DNA of 64,000 nucleotides from Oceanispirochaeta sp. (lineage in GTDB: Bacteria; Spirochaetota; Spirochaetia; DSM-2461), in the NCBI GenBank assembly GCA_963666275.2, contig CAXXOA010000002.1, positions 1,408,001-1,472,000 of the forward strand, written 5' to 3'. Within the stretch, counting starts at the first letter, position 1; each line of letters starts with the position of its first letter. The notes beneath the pieces are model-generated. The model did not search any database, was not told the origin of the DNA, and worked only from the letters and a program-made list of their open reading frames with translations. This document shows positions 9,823 to 19,845 of the stretch, one piece after another. The translations under genes were made by a program, and so were the position numbers.

Positions 9823-9851
9823 TTGCCCCCTGCTATGGATAGCGGTATAAT
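9823..9851 (+). promoter_or_regulatory. Sigma70-type promoter for the molybdenum hydroxylase genes
   Basis: TTGCCC-17 bp-TATAAT. Confidence 0.6.
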
Positions 9852-9885
9852 TATTTGACTAATTAATCAAACATAGTGGGGTAGT

Positions 9886-12129
9886 GTGAAAAGCTGTTTT
9901 CGAAATGACGCCAGACAAAAAGTAACCGGCCGGGCCAGGTATGCCGACGACTTCCGATTTCCGGGTATGGTCCATGCCGCACCTGTTTATTCTGACTATG
10001 TTCATGCCCGGATAGAATCGATCCATACGGAAGAGGCCCGGAGTATGCCCGGAGTCCTGGATGTGCTGACCTGGGAGGATGTCCCCGGTGAGCTCACGGC
10101 AGGACAGATCAACAAGGATTACCCCATTTTTGCTCAGGACAAGATCCGCTTTACCGGTGATGTTATTGCTCTGGTAGTGGCTGACACCCGTCAGCAGGCC
10201 ATAGATGCGGCTGAAAAGGTGACACTGATTGCCGAAGAGCTTCCTGCCATCCTGGATACAGAGGAAGCCTTCCGGGAGGATTCTCCCGTGATCCCCCGGG
10301 ATGAAGATTCCAATATTGTGAATCATCACAAGGTCCGCACCGGAGATCCCTTCCCGGAGATGGAGAAGAGTGATCTGATCATTGAACAGAGGTTTGAAAC
10401 GCCCTTTGTGGAACATGCCTATATTGAACCGGAGTGCGGAGTCTGTGTTCCCCGTGAGGACGGAACTCTGGATATATACGGAACTATGCAGCACCCTTTC
10501 AGTACAAGGCGTTTTGTCTGTACCTACCTGGGAAGGCCCCTGGCGTCTGTTGTCTGCTACTCCCATGCCGTGGGAGGCAGCTTCGGCGGCAAGGATGATA
10601 CAGCTTCGATCGTCTGCGCCAGAGCCGCTCTGGCCGCGCAGAGACTGAACCGTCCTGTTAAACTCCTGTACAAACGGGAGTGGTCCATGAGGGAGAGCTA
10701 CAAGCGGGTTGCCTATAAAATGGATTACAAAGTCGGTTTTGACAAAGAGGGCTGTCTGAAAGCCCTGATCAGCCGTTCTCTGGGAGACTCGGGCGCCTAC
10801 ACATCCACCACTCCCTGGTCTACCTGGCGTTCCGCTGTCCAGAACATGGGACCCTACCGGGTGGATCATGTTCATGCAGATGTGTACGGCGTGGCGACAA
10901 ATAATGTCTTTACCGGTGCCTTCCGGGGATTCGGATCACCCCAGACGAATTTTGCGGTGGAACAGATTATGGACATGGCGGCGGAAAAGCTCAATCTGTC
11001 TCCTCTGGAGATCCGCCGCAGAAACGGAGTTGTTCAGGATTCGGTGACCATCACCGGCCAGGCCCTGAAAGAGCATACAGTCAGCCTTATGGAGGTGATG
11101 GAGAAAACCACCGCGGCCATAGGGTTTGAAGAGAAGCTGAAGCAGTGCTCCCGCGGAAAAGGGGAGAAATGGTACGGCATCGGCATGGCGGCTTCCTACA
11201 GGGGAACCAGTGTGGGAGCGGAAGCCATGGATTTCTGCTGTGCCTCCATCAACGTTCAGTTTGACGGATCCATCCTCCTGGATACCGCAGTTTTCGAGAA
11301 CGGCCAGGGAGCTCCCAGCGCCATGATCCTCATTGCGGCGGAGGAACTGGGTGTTCCTCCCGAATCGATCCATTACCAGTACTCCTCCACCGCGACGATT
11401 CCCGACGGCGGGACCACCGTGGCTTCCCGGGGGACTCTGGTCGGCGGCGGAGCCATCAAAGATGCCATGGCAAAGCTGAAGCCTATTCTGGCAGAGACTC
11501 TCTATCCTCTGATTGCAGACAAACCTGAAGATATCACATTTCATGATAACAGGATCTGGGGAACCCTGGGACGCTCCCTTACCTGGCCCGAAGCGGGAAG
11601 GCAGATGTATCTGGCAAGGGTCTATCCCTTTGCCTTCGGCACCTTCCAGGCTCCCCGGGTCACCTGGGACGAGGAAACCGGACAGGGAACCGCCTACTTT
11701 TCCTATGTTTACAGCTGCCAGGCTGTGGAAGTGGAGGTGGATCCTGAAAAAAGGACCTGCCGGCTGCTGAATATCGTGGCAACCCACGATATCGGAAAGG
11801 CTGTGAATCCTCCCATGGTGGAAGGCCAGATTCACGGTGGCGTCGCCCAGGGGGCGGGTATGGCCCTGACGGAAGACTTTCTTATGGAAGAGGGAAAGGT
11901 CAGGTCTCTGAACTTTTCAAAATATAAAATTCCCCGGATGACGGATATGCCTGAGATCACGACGCAGATTGTGGAGAATTTCGATCCCCTGTCTCCCACG
12001 GGAGCGAAGGGTATCGGGGAACCCGCTCTGGAGATCATTGCCCCGGCTATCGCCAACGCTATCGCTGCGGCTACAGGCAGACGGTTCACATCCCTGCCCA
12101 TTAATTTAAAAAAGGAGCTTGAACCCTGA
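9886..12129 (+). CDS. Xanthine dehydrogenase/aldehyde oxidase family molybdopterin-binding subunit
   Basis: KVTGRARYADD, EHAYIEPE, VGGSFGGK, AFRGFGSPQ, GQG, VEGQIHGGVAQG, AKGIGEP. Confidence 0.93.
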   Translation: MKSCFRNDARQKVTGRARYADDFRFPGMVHAAPVYSDYVHARIESIHTEEARSMPGVLDVLTWEDVPGELTAGQINKDYPIFAQDKIRFTGDVIALVVADTRQQAIDAAEKVTLIAEELPAILDTEEAFREDSPVIPRDEDSNIVNHHKVRTGDPFPEMEKSDLIIEQRFETPFVEHAYIEPECGVCVPREDGTLDIYGTMQHPFSTRRFVCTYLGRPLASVVCYSHAVGGSFGGKDDTASIVCARAALAAQRLNRPVKLLYKREWSMRESYKRVAYKMDYKVGFDKEGCLKALISRSLGDSGAYTSTTPWSTWRSAVQNMGPYRVDHVHADVYGVATNNVFTGAFRGFGSPQTNFAVEQIMDMAAEKLNLSPLEIRRRNGVVQDSVTITGQALKEHTVSLMEVMEKTTAAIGFEEKLKQCSRGKGEKWYGIGMAASYRGTSVGAEAMDFCCASINVQFDGSILLDTAVFENGQGAPSAMILIAAEELGVPPESIHYQYSSTATIPDGGTTVASRGTLVGGGAIKDAMAKLKPILAETLYPLIADKPEDITFHDNRIWGTLGRSLTWPEAGRQMYLARVYPFAFGTFQAPRVTWDEETGQGTAYFSYVYSCQAVEVEVDPEKRTCRLLNIVATHDIGKAVNPPMVEGQIHGGVAQGAGMALTEDFLMEEGKVRSLNFSKYKIPRMTDMPEITTQIVENFDPLSPTGAKGIGEPALEIIAPAIANAIAAATGRRFTSLPINLKKELEP

Positions 12130-12599
12130 TGTCTGAAATTGAGGTGAATTCAAGAAAATATACGGTTTCCGAGGAGTGGACCGGGAGAACTCTCCTGGAC
12201 TTTCTCAGGGAGGAGCTGGATCTGATCGGCACAAAGAACGGCTGCGGTGAAGGAACCTGCGGCGCCTGTACGGTGCTTCTTGACAGGAAAGCCGTCAGAG
12301 CCTGTCGGACTCCCATGAAAAAAGCGCTGGGTAAAACGGTTCTGACTATAGAAGGTCTGGCTGCTCCCGACGGAACTCTTCATCCTCTGCAGCAGGCTTT
12401 TATCGATGCCGGCGCCATTCAGTGCGGTTTCTGTACGCCCGGTATGATTATGCAGGCTCTGGATCTGCTTGATAAAAATCCCGAACCCTCAAGGGATGAG
12501 ATCCGGAAGGCCATGAGGGGGAATCTCTGCCGCTGTACAGGTTATCAGGCCATTGTGGATGCGGTTCAGATGGCTTCTGTAAAGATGAAAACCCCCTGA
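12129..12599 (+). CDS. (2Fe-2S)-binding small subunit (CoxS/CutS-like)
   Basis: [33 protein letters not shown]; start overlaps the upstream stop (TGATG). Confidence 0.95.
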   Translation: MSEIEVNSRKYTVSEEWTGRTLLDFLREELDLIGTKNGCGEGTCGACTVLLDRKAVRACRTPMKKALGKTVLTIEGLAAPDGTLHPLQQAFIDAGAIQCGFCTPGMIMQALDLLDKNPEPSRDEIRKAMRGNLCRCTGYQAIVDAVQMASVKMKTP

Positions 12600-12727
12600 T
12601 CCTCTGACTTGCCCGTGGCAATGTTAAGAAAACTTAACTTGTGTTCAAATATCATCAGCATATAAAATTACCTAAATGTCCCTAAAAAAGAACGTATTTC
12701 GTGAAAAAAGGGCAGGAGGTTGTGAAT

Positions 12728-13993
12728 ATGCTGAAATGGTACTTTAAAACAAATCTTTTACTGCGGATTTTAATAGGGCTCCTGGCGGGAGCCGTTACCG
12801 GTCTGATTGCAGGACCGTCCATCGGAGTGATAACCCCGCTGGGAAGTCTCCTTGTGAATCTGCTCAAAATGATTGTGATGCCCCTGATCCTGACATCCCT
12901 TGTTGTGGGAGCCGCCAGTATTCAGCCCCGGGAACTGGGAAAAATCGGCATAAAAATCTTTGTCTATTACATGTTTACATCCGCTCTGGCTGTAACAATC
13001 GGACTCATCGCGGCCAATATTTTCAAGCCCGGTGCGGGACTGGAGCTGGCTGCCGCGGCTGATGCGGCGGGAAAAACCCTCAATCAGCCGAAATTCATGG
13101 ATACCCTGCTGAATATTATCCCCAAGAACCCCTTCGGCGCCCTTTCTCAGGGCGCGGTTCTGCCGACAATCTTTTTTGCTCTGACCTTCGGTATCGGAAT
13201 CAGCGTTATTAAAAACAGCGACGAAGAGAGGCTCAAAAAGGGGGGAGATACACTCTTTTCCATTTTCGACGGGGCCGCGGAAGTTATGTATGTGATCGTC
13301 AAATGGGTCCTGGAATATGCTCCCATCGGTGTTTTCGCCCTGATCGCCGTGGTATTCGGAAGCCAGGGCGCCAGTGCATTCGGTTCACTCGGACTTGTGA
13401 CCCTTACCGCCTATTTTGGATTTATCATACAGATAGCCGGTATTTACGGACTGTTCCTGGTCGTGAACAAGCTGGGGTATCTGACGTTTTTCAAAGGCGC
13501 CCGGGAAGCCATGATCACATCTTTTGTTACAAGGAGTTCCAGCGGAACCCTTCCCGTCACCATGAGGAATGTCACCGAGAATCTCGGGGTTCCCAGGAAG
13601 ATCTCTTCTTTCACTCTCCCTCTGGGGGCTACCATCAATATGGATGGAACTGCCATCTACATGGGAGTCTGTGCACTGTTCATAACCAATGCGGTGGGTA
13701 TGGAACTGAACATGACCCAGCAGATCACGATCATCCTCACAGCCGTCCTGGCCTCTATCGGATCGGCCGGGATCCCCGGAGCCGGAGCCATCATGCTTCT
13801 TATGGTGCTGAACTCCATCGGAATAACCATTGAGGCGGGCTCAGCTGTTGCCGCAGCCTATGCGATGATACTGGGAATTGATGCCCTTCTGGACATGGGA
13901 AGAACCATCACCAATGTGAGCGGTGATATGGTGGGAACCATTCTGGTCTCCAAAGGTGAAAGAGAACTGGATCTGGCCAAGTGGAAAAAATAG
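12728..13993 (+). CDS. Dicarboxylate/amino acid:cation symporter (DAACS/GltP family)
   Basis: TRSSSGTLP, LPLGATINMDGTA, ASIGSAGIPG, DMGRTITNVSGD; ATG 12728 with AGGAGG SD. Confidence 0.93.
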   Translation: MLKWYFKTNLLLRILIGLLAGAVTGLIAGPSIGVITPLGSLLVNLLKMIVMPLILTSLVVGAASIQPRELGKIGIKIFVYYMFTSALAVTIGLIAANIFKPGAGLELAAAADAAGKTLNQPKFMDTLLNIIPKNPFGALSQGAVLPTIFFALTFGIGISVIKNSDEERLKKGGDTLFSIFDGAAEVMYVIVKWVLEYAPIGVFALIAVVFGSQGASAFGSLGLVTLTAYFGFIIQIAGIYGLFLVVNKLGYLTFFKGAREAMITSFVTRSSSGTLPVTMRNVTENLGVPRKISSFTLPLGATINMDGTAIYMGVCALFITNAVGMELNMTQQITIILTAVLASIGSAGIPGAGAIMLLMVLNSIGITIEAGSAVAAAYAMILGIDALLDMGRTITNVSGDMVGTILVSKGERELDLAKWKK

Positions 13994-14002
13994 CCTCCAC
14001 AT

Positions 14003-14031
14003 AAAGAAAGGGGCCCCTGAGGCCCCTTTTT
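14003..14031. terminator. Bidirectional intrinsic terminator
   Basis: AAAGGGGCC-CCTGA-GGCCCCTTT with A/T-rich flanks, between convergent genes. Confidence 0.8.
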
Positions 14032-14049
14032 CAGAATGGTATTGGTCTG

Positions 14050-15687
14050 TTAAATCTCATTCAGATAGGAGATAATTTTTTCTGACCGTTTGAGCAGCAC
14101 TTCGTAGAGATCTTCAATTTCCCCATGGGATAGGGATCCTACTCCCTGGATGATCTTTTTCACAAGGCTGTGCAGCGCTTCATGATCCGCCGTCATTTCC
14201 CTGAACTCTACGGATTTTTTGAGATTTTCCGGCGCATCCCTGTCAATCCAGTGACCCAGTTCACAGCTGTGGTGGTCTATGATCTGATCGGCCGGCACAT
14301 TCATGGTTCCGTCTATGACCCCTCTGGCCTTGATGAGCCACAAGAGATGCTGAATGATGATTTTTACAGAATTGAAATCTGTTCCGGCTCCGAATTCAAA
14401 GTCCTGAAACTTTTTGATCTGACTCAGATACTCTTCATGATTCAGGAAGACATGGGACACATTGAAGAACACCCTGTTTATCTTACCGGAGATCTCTGTA
14501 ATCCGGGAAATCTCTTCTTCCGTATTTTTGCTGGCCTCAACAATGTTTGTAATGGAACCCTGAATATCCTGGGTGCTGGTTTCGATTTCTCCCGAACCGT
14601 TTCTTATATTGACGGATATATCGTTCAGCATCTGAGTGGCATTCACAATCTCATGGCTGCCCGTGTTCAGCTCTGACGTGGCCTGCTGGATTGCCATGTA
14701 ACCTTCCACCATTCCCTTCGTTTCCGACTGGATCGCATGGAATCCCTCCAGGCTCTCTGCGCCGGCATGTTTGATATTCCTTACATTGTCGATGATATTC
14801 TGCAGGGTCCGGGATATCAGGGTGGAGTTGTCCGCTGTGGATTCGGCCAGTTTTCTGATCTCTTCGGCCACAACGGCAAATCCCTTGCCAGCTTCTCCCG
14901 CATGAGCCGCTTCAATGGCGGCATTCATGGACAGAAGGTTGGTCTGGGAGGCAATGGAATCGATCACATTGATGATTTCCAGAACCGAATCGATACTGTT
15001 GTTCACCGTATCGATCATTCTGTTCATTTCCTCCATATCCTGCTGTCTTGTTTCGGTCAGTTCCAGCAGAGCCTGGGCGGCAGTGGTCCTTCTGGATGTG
15101 ATTTCACTCACGTTCCTTATGGACGCATCCATCTGTTCTATCGCTGATGAGGTCTGGATAACAGAAGCGGACTGATCCTCGATCTGTTCGGAGAAATTGG
15201 TCATGGTCCGGCTGATCTCCTCTATTGCCGAGGAGGAGTCCATGAGAGAGTCGTTCAGGGCGGAAATCTTATCCAGAATCCTGATGATGCTGCCGTTGAT
15301 CCTGGTTGTGAGATAGACCGAATCGGTCAGTTCCCTTGTAAACTCGTGGGAGTGTTCACCATTCCTGTCCAGGATCTCTCTTGTTTTCTGCCGGGACACA
15401 GCACAGGCCTTCATGTGATCCGAAAGAACGGCTGTGGTATCATTGCCGCCTTCGGTCCGGCAGCTGCTCAGTCTTTTTGTGACAACCGAGTTGAACCGGC
15501 CGATTCTGCCATTGAGCTTCCGGGAGTAGAGATAGCCTGCCAGGAGCTGGAGAATCAGAAACACTCCTGTGATTCCGGCTATCATTGGGGAGCTGCAAAA
15601 GACATAGACAAGCCCTGCTCCCGCCAGTGTTATCAGGAATGAGATTGAAAGATAGATGATATTGGTTTTCTGTTCGGTCATTTCCAT
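14050..15687 (-). CDS. Methyl-accepting chemotaxis protein with C-terminal CZB (zinc-binding) domain
   Basis: Signalling hairpin [39 protein letters not shown]-term H..W...[10 protein letters not shown]...HEALH. Start set at MEM (GAGG SD). Confidence 0.9.
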   Translation of the reverse strand: MEMTEQKTNIIYLSISFLITLAGAGLVYVFCSSPMIAGITGVFLILQLLAGYLYSRKLNGRIGRFNSVVTKRLSSCRTEGGNDTTAVLSDHMKACAVSRQKTREILDRNGEHSHEFTRELTDSVYLTTRINGSIIRILDKISALNDSLMDSSSAIEEISRTMTNFSEQIEDQSASVIQTSSAIEQMDASIRNVSEITSRRTTAAQALLELTETRQQDMEEMNRMIDTVNNSIDSVLEIINVIDSIASQTNLLSMNAAIEAAHAGEAGKGFAVVAEEIRKLAESTADNSTLISRTLQNIIDNVRNIKHAGAESLEGFHAIQSETKGMVEGYMAIQQATSELNTGSHEIVNATQMLNDISVNIRNGSGEIETSTQDIQGSITNIVEASKNTEEEISRITEISGKINRVFFNVSHVFLNHEEYLSQIKKFQDFEFGAGTDFNSVKIIIQHLLWLIKARGVIDGTMNVPADQIIDHHSCELGHWIDRDAPENLKKSVEFREMTADHEALHSLVKKIIQGVGSLSHGEIEDLYEVLLKRSEKIISYLNEI

Positions 15688-15841
15688 AGATGCCTCATAT
15701 GTCCTTCTCAATTGGATTCGCCTGAGTATTCGTCTCATTTTGTGGAGAGATCGTTCAGGGAGCTAAAAAACAATAGGGACATTGTATGACTTTCCCTGTA
15801 AAAAGAATAGAAAAAAAGTGAGATTAATTATGAAAATTTCT

Positions 15842-16882
15842 TTAAATCAGCAGGCATCTGCTTCTGCTGACTGACCATTCGACCTTTTCTCCCATTTTCC
15901 ATATCCGCCGGGAGGAGCATTTGATCGAAATAATCCCTTCTCCGCAGCGGACTTCCAGATACTGATAGTCTCCGCCGAATTCCCTGTATACAACTTCGCC
16001 TGAATCCTTCCGGGCTGTATCCTTAACCTCCCCTCCGATCAGGCAGTCTTCAGGGCGGAAATAGAGGTATTCAGGGGAAGGAGACTCCGCGCCCATCTGA
16101 TCCGGAGAGAGATGAAAATCCCCCCGATCTGTTGAGGCAATGAGGCTTTCCGGACCTTCCCGATGAAGGCTTTTCAGGGGAATGCTGTTGGATGTCCCTA
16201 TAAAACTGCCGCAGAACCGGTCGGCCGGACGTTCATATAACTCTTCGGGCGTTCCTATCTGTCTGACCCTGCCGGAATCCATCAGAACGATCCTGTCGGA
16301 TATGGCCATAGCTTCCTCCTGGTCATGGGTCACATAAACGGCTGTCAGGCCTGTCTCTATCTGGATCTCCCGGATCTGACGCCGAAGGGAACGGCGCAGT
16401 TTGGCATCCAGGGCACTGAGAGGTTCATCCAGAAGGAGAATCTCCGGAGATCCCGCCAGAGCTCTGGCCAGGGCCACCCTCTGTTTTTCTCCCCCGGAAA
16501 GTTCGTCGGGTTTTCTTCGGCCGTATCCTTCCAGGTGAACCATAGCCAGAAGCTCTTCCGCTTTTTTCCGGGCTTCAGGTCCCTTCTCTTTCATGCCGTA
16601 GCAGACATTCCGCACCACATTCATGTGAGGAAACAGGGCATAGTCCTGAAAGACCATTCCGATCTTTCTGTAGCGGGGTTCCAGGCCGGTAATGTCCCGT
16701 TCTCCCAGGAATACTTTCCCCTTGGAGGGGGTGTAAAGGCCGGAAATGATTTTGAGCAGGGTTGTTTTACCGCAGCCGCTGGGGCCGAGTAGGCTTATAA
16801 GTTCTCCCGGAGGAAGGTTCAGGTCCACATGGAGATGAAAATCCTCAAGGGTCAGTTCTATATTATGGAGTTTCAGATTCAT
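15842..16882 (-). CDS. thiQ: ABC transporter ATP-binding protein (thiamine uptake, ThiQ role)
   Basis: Walker A GPSGCGKT, LSGGEKQRVALARAL, LLLDEP; last gene of the TPP-riboswitch operon. Confidence 0.8.
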   Translation of the reverse strand: MNLKLHNIELTLEDFHLHVDLNLPPGELISLLGPSGCGKTTLLKIISGLYTPSKGKVFLGERDITGLEPRYRKIGMVFQDYALFPHMNVVRNVCYGMKEKGPEARKKAEELLAMVHLEGYGRRKPDELSGGEKQRVALARALAGSPEILLLDEPLSALDAKLRRSLRRQIREIQIETGLTAVYVTHDQEEAMAISDRIVLMDSGRVRQIGTPEELYERPADRFCGSFIGTSNSIPLKSLHREGPESLIASTDRGDFHLSPDQMGAESPSPEYLYFRPEDCLIGGEVKDTARKDSGEVVYREFGGDYQYLEVRCGEGIISIKCSSRRIWKMGEKVEWSVSRSRCLLI

Positions 16883-16884
16883 AC

Positions 16885-18561
16885 TCAGTTCTCCCAGCCT
16901 TCAAAGGCATCAATTAGAATAAAGGCACCCAGGCAGATCCCGATCAGAATCGTTCCCAGCGCGCAGGCTGGAAAGAACTTATAGGTTCCGATCAGCCTCA
17001 GGATGGCGATGGGAATGGTGGTGATCCCCGCTTCGGAAAGGATCAGGGTGGCGTTGATCTCTCCCAGGGATATGGCGAAAGCAAAGGCTCCCCCTGTGAT
17101 AAGGCCCGGCCTGACAAGGGGGAGTTCCACAGTGAAGAACCGTTTCCATCCTCCCGCCCCCATCAGTCCGGCAGCATCCAGTATATTCTGGCTGATGCGC
17201 CTCATAGCCGGTGTGAGGCTCCTCAGAACAAAGGGAAGGGCAATCACCGAATGGGCCAGGATGATGCTGAATACCGGAGGGGTTCCCCGGAACAGACCGA
17301 AGCGCTGGAGCCAGAGATATCCGATGCCCAGAACCACCGAGGAGACCCCCATGGGCAGCATAATCAGGGATTCTGTGAATTCGGGATTTTTCAGTTTGTA
17401 CCGGGCCAGGACCCATGCTGTATAGGCCCCCAGGATCAGGGATAGAATCAGGGACGCTGAAGCAATTCCCAGGCTGTTGCGGATAGACTCGGCCAGGAGG
17501 GCCGCACCGGAGACCGAACCGGGAGGGGAGAGCATCTGGGAGTACCATTTCAAAGAGAATTCTGCCGGGCCTGTCCGGGTTTCCTGAGCCAGGAAAGACT
17601 GGGTGACCACCGCCAGGATCGGCCCCAGGATGATAATGAAAACAAGGAGAAGGTAGATCAGGGATGCTGATTTTTCTCCTCTTTTCAAACTGTGCCATTT
17701 CCGCTTTTTCCGGATCACACTGACTGTATGCAGGTTCCGGCGTTCACTCCGGATATAGAAGTAGGTGATAAACAGGGTCGCCGTAGTCTCCACCAGAGCC
17801 AGAGCGCCCCCCTTTCCGAAGTCCAGGGAGTACTTTATAAGCCTGTAAACCTCCACTTCCATGGTTGAATACCGGGGGCCGCCCCCCAGAACCAGGATTA
17901 CGGCAAAACTCATAAAACAGTAGAGAAAGATCAGCGAGGCTGCACTCATAAGCCCCGGCAGCAGCTGGGGCAGGGTAATGGTAAAGAAGATCCGCAGTCT
18001 CGATGCTCCCAGGGTGCCGGCCGCATCGGTCTGGTTCTCCGAAAAACCCTCCCACCAGGAAGCTGTCAGCCTGAGAGCTATGGGGAAGTTATAGAACACA
18101 TGGGCCAGGAGGATCGCCTTGAAGGAGTACAGCAGATCAAGAACAGTTTTATCTGTATTGAGAATCTCTCTCAGAAGTGAATTGACCACACCCTGGCGGC
18201 CCCAGAACAGAATAAACCCCAGCACCACCAGAATGGAGGGTAGTATGAAGGGAATTGTGGTCAGGGCTTTTATCAGCTTTTTACCGGGGAAACTCACATG
18301 AGAGAGGAGCCAACCCCCGGGAAGGCCTGCCAGAAGAGAGAGCAGAGTGCTCAGGAGGGCCTGCAGAAAAGTAAAGAAAAAGATCCTTCTGTAGTATTCA
18401 GACCCTGTCAGCTCCCCCAGCCAGCGGAAAGTCAGCCCCTCCTGATCCAGAATCCCCCGGGACAGAAGTATGGCCACAGGGATATAGAAGGTAAGGAGGA
18501 GAAAAATGAGAATCGGCAGGAGCCGTTTTCCGCCGCCGGTTTTTTGAGCTGAACTGATCAT
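16885..18561 (-). CDS. thiP: Thiamine ABC transporter permease (duplicated domain)
   Basis: Two EAA-like loops (DAAGTLGAS, DAAGLMGAG), LAHVFYNFP, GGPRYSTMEVEVY. Confidence 0.85.
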   Translation of the reverse strand: MISSAQKTGGGKRLLPILIFLLLTFYIPVAILLSRGILDQEGLTFRWLGELTGSEYYRRIFFFTFLQALLSTLLSLLAGLPGGWLLSHVSFPGKKLIKALTTIPFILPSILVVLGFILFWGRQGVVNSLLREILNTDKTVLDLLYSFKAILLAHVFYNFPIALRLTASWWEGFSENQTDAAGTLGASRLRIFFTITLPQLLPGLMSAASLIFLYCFMSFAVILVLGGGPRYSTMEVEVYRLIKYSLDFGKGGALALVETTATLFITYFYIRSERRNLHTVSVIRKKRKWHSLKRGEKSASLIYLLLVFIIILGPILAVVTQSFLAQETRTGPAEFSLKWYSQMLSPPGSVSGAALLAESIRNSLGIASASLILSLILGAYTAWVLARYKLKNPEFTESLIMLPMGVSSVVLGIGYLWLQRFGLFRGTPPVFSIILAHSVIALPFVLRSLTPAMRRISQNILDAAGLMGAGGWKRFFTVELPLVRPGLITGGAFAFAISLGEINATLILSEAGITTIPIAILRLIGTYKFFPACALGTILIGICLGAFILIDAFEGWEN

Positions 18562-18567
18562 GAGTAC

Positions 18568-19611
18568 CTAAAGTCCCGAATTTTCCACCCACTCCTGCAC
18601 CCAGGCATCGCTGGACTGTGCGATTTCAGAGGTATCCAGAAGCAGAGGGGTCTCCGAAATAAAGGCCATGTCGAAAGCTTCGGGAAGCTCCGTTTCTGGA
18701 ATCACAGGCATCATTGTATTGCTTGTGGCGATAACCTGCTGTCCTTCGGGTGAGAGCATATAGTCCAGGAAGGCTCTGGCGGCTTCGGGATTGGCGGCGC
18801 CTTTGATCACACCGGCCCCTTCCACCTGAAGATAGTTGCCTTCTTTAAACTCGATCGCCTTGTACCGTTCTGTTTCCTCCCACATTTTATGGTAGACAGG
18901 GGAGGTGGAGTAGCTGAGGACAAGAGGGGCTTCTCCATTGGTGAAAAGGCCGTATCCGTTGCTCCAGCTCTCTGTAACAGAGAGAACGGAGCCTGAAAGC
19001 CGCTGCCAGTAATCCATGAATTCATCCCCGTAAACAGCTCTGGTCCACAGAAGGAATCCCATACCGGGACTGGACGTCCGGGGATCCATCAGAACCAGGG
19101 ATTTGGCATATTCGGGTTTTGTCAGATCCTCCAGAGAGGAGGGGGGATCGGTTATGACCTGGGAATCGTAGCAAATGGCGAAGTATCCCCAGTCAAAAGG
19201 CAGGAGCTGGTTGGAGTCATCAAACTTCAGCTCCTCCGGAATGGACGAGAGAGCGGGAGATTCATAGGGCTCCAGGATATCCTCCGCCAGGGTCCGGGCC
19301 AGAAGGTTGTTGTCCGGGCCGATCAGAAGGTCCGCCCGGGGATTGTCTTTTTCCATGATGGCTTTGCTCAGGATCGTCACCGCGTCGCCCGGTGCGATAA
19401 GTTCCACTTCAATGCCTGTCCTGGCTGTAAACTCCTCTGCCAGGATCGGGCCGGGGCCCCATTCGGAGGCAAAGGAGTCGTAACAGTAGATTTTCAGGGA
19501 ATCTGATGATTTTTGTGCTGCCGCTTCAGGGCTTTGGGCTTCCTGACTGCCCCCCGGGAAGATTCCGGAAGTTCCTGCCATGAGCAGGAGAATGGTTAGA
19601 TATTTTTTCAT
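18568..19611 (-). CDS. thiB: Thiamine ABC transporter substrate-binding protein
   Basis: YDSFASEWGPGP, DWGYFAICYD, DPRTSSPGMGFLLW, LSYSTSP. True start MKKYL at 19611 with AGGAGAGG SD. Confidence 0.92.
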   Translation of the reverse strand: MKKYLTILLLMAGTSGIFPGGSQEAQSPEAAAQKSSDSLKIYCYDSFASEWGPGPILAEEFTARTGIEVELIAPGDAVTILSKAIMEKDNPRADLLIGPDNNLLARTLAEDILEPYESPALSSIPEELKFDDSNQLLPFDWGYFAICYDSQVITDPPSSLEDLTKPEYAKSLVLMDPRTSSPGMGFLLWTRAVYGDEFMDYWQRLSGSVLSVTESWSNGYGLFTNGEAPLVLSYSTSPVYHKMWEETERYKAIEFKEGNYLQVEGAGVIKGAANPEAARAFLDYMLSPEGQQVIATSNTMMPVIPETELPEAFDMAFISETPLLLDTSEIAQSSDAWVQEWVENSGL

Positions 19612-19699
19612 GTGTTTCCTCTCCTTGTTCTGCCTGTTGTCTCTGGAAGACAGAACATTTGAAAATTTAAAATTTTCCGGGGAAAGGTTGAGATAGAAC

Positions 19700-19785
19700 C
19701 GGTTTCCCTTCGCCGGCATTACCCGGATCAGGTTCAAAGGGTATAATCTCAGGTTCTTCCATCGGGAAAAACCACCCCCAGAGTC
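19700..19785 (-). ncRNA. TPP riboswitch (THI element)
   Basis: Minus strand reads GGGGGTG...CCTGAGATTATACCCTTTGAACCTGATCCGGGTAATGCCGGCGAAGGGAA; lies upstream of thiB. Confidence 0.95.
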
Positions 19786-19845
19786 GGGTTTCAGCATAAA
19801 GGGTATAATACCGGCAGGTCAAGCCGGGGAGAGGGGTCTGAAAGA

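Noticed and set aside
9610..9885. Moco or purine riboswitch upstream of the Mo-hydroxylase
   Set aside because: I recognised no conserved core, and the predicted promoter leaves only about 30 nt of leader.
19612..19797. 62-aa N-terminal extension of ThiB in the ORF track
   Set aside because: It overlaps the TPP riboswitch; the signal peptide and SD point to ATG 19611.
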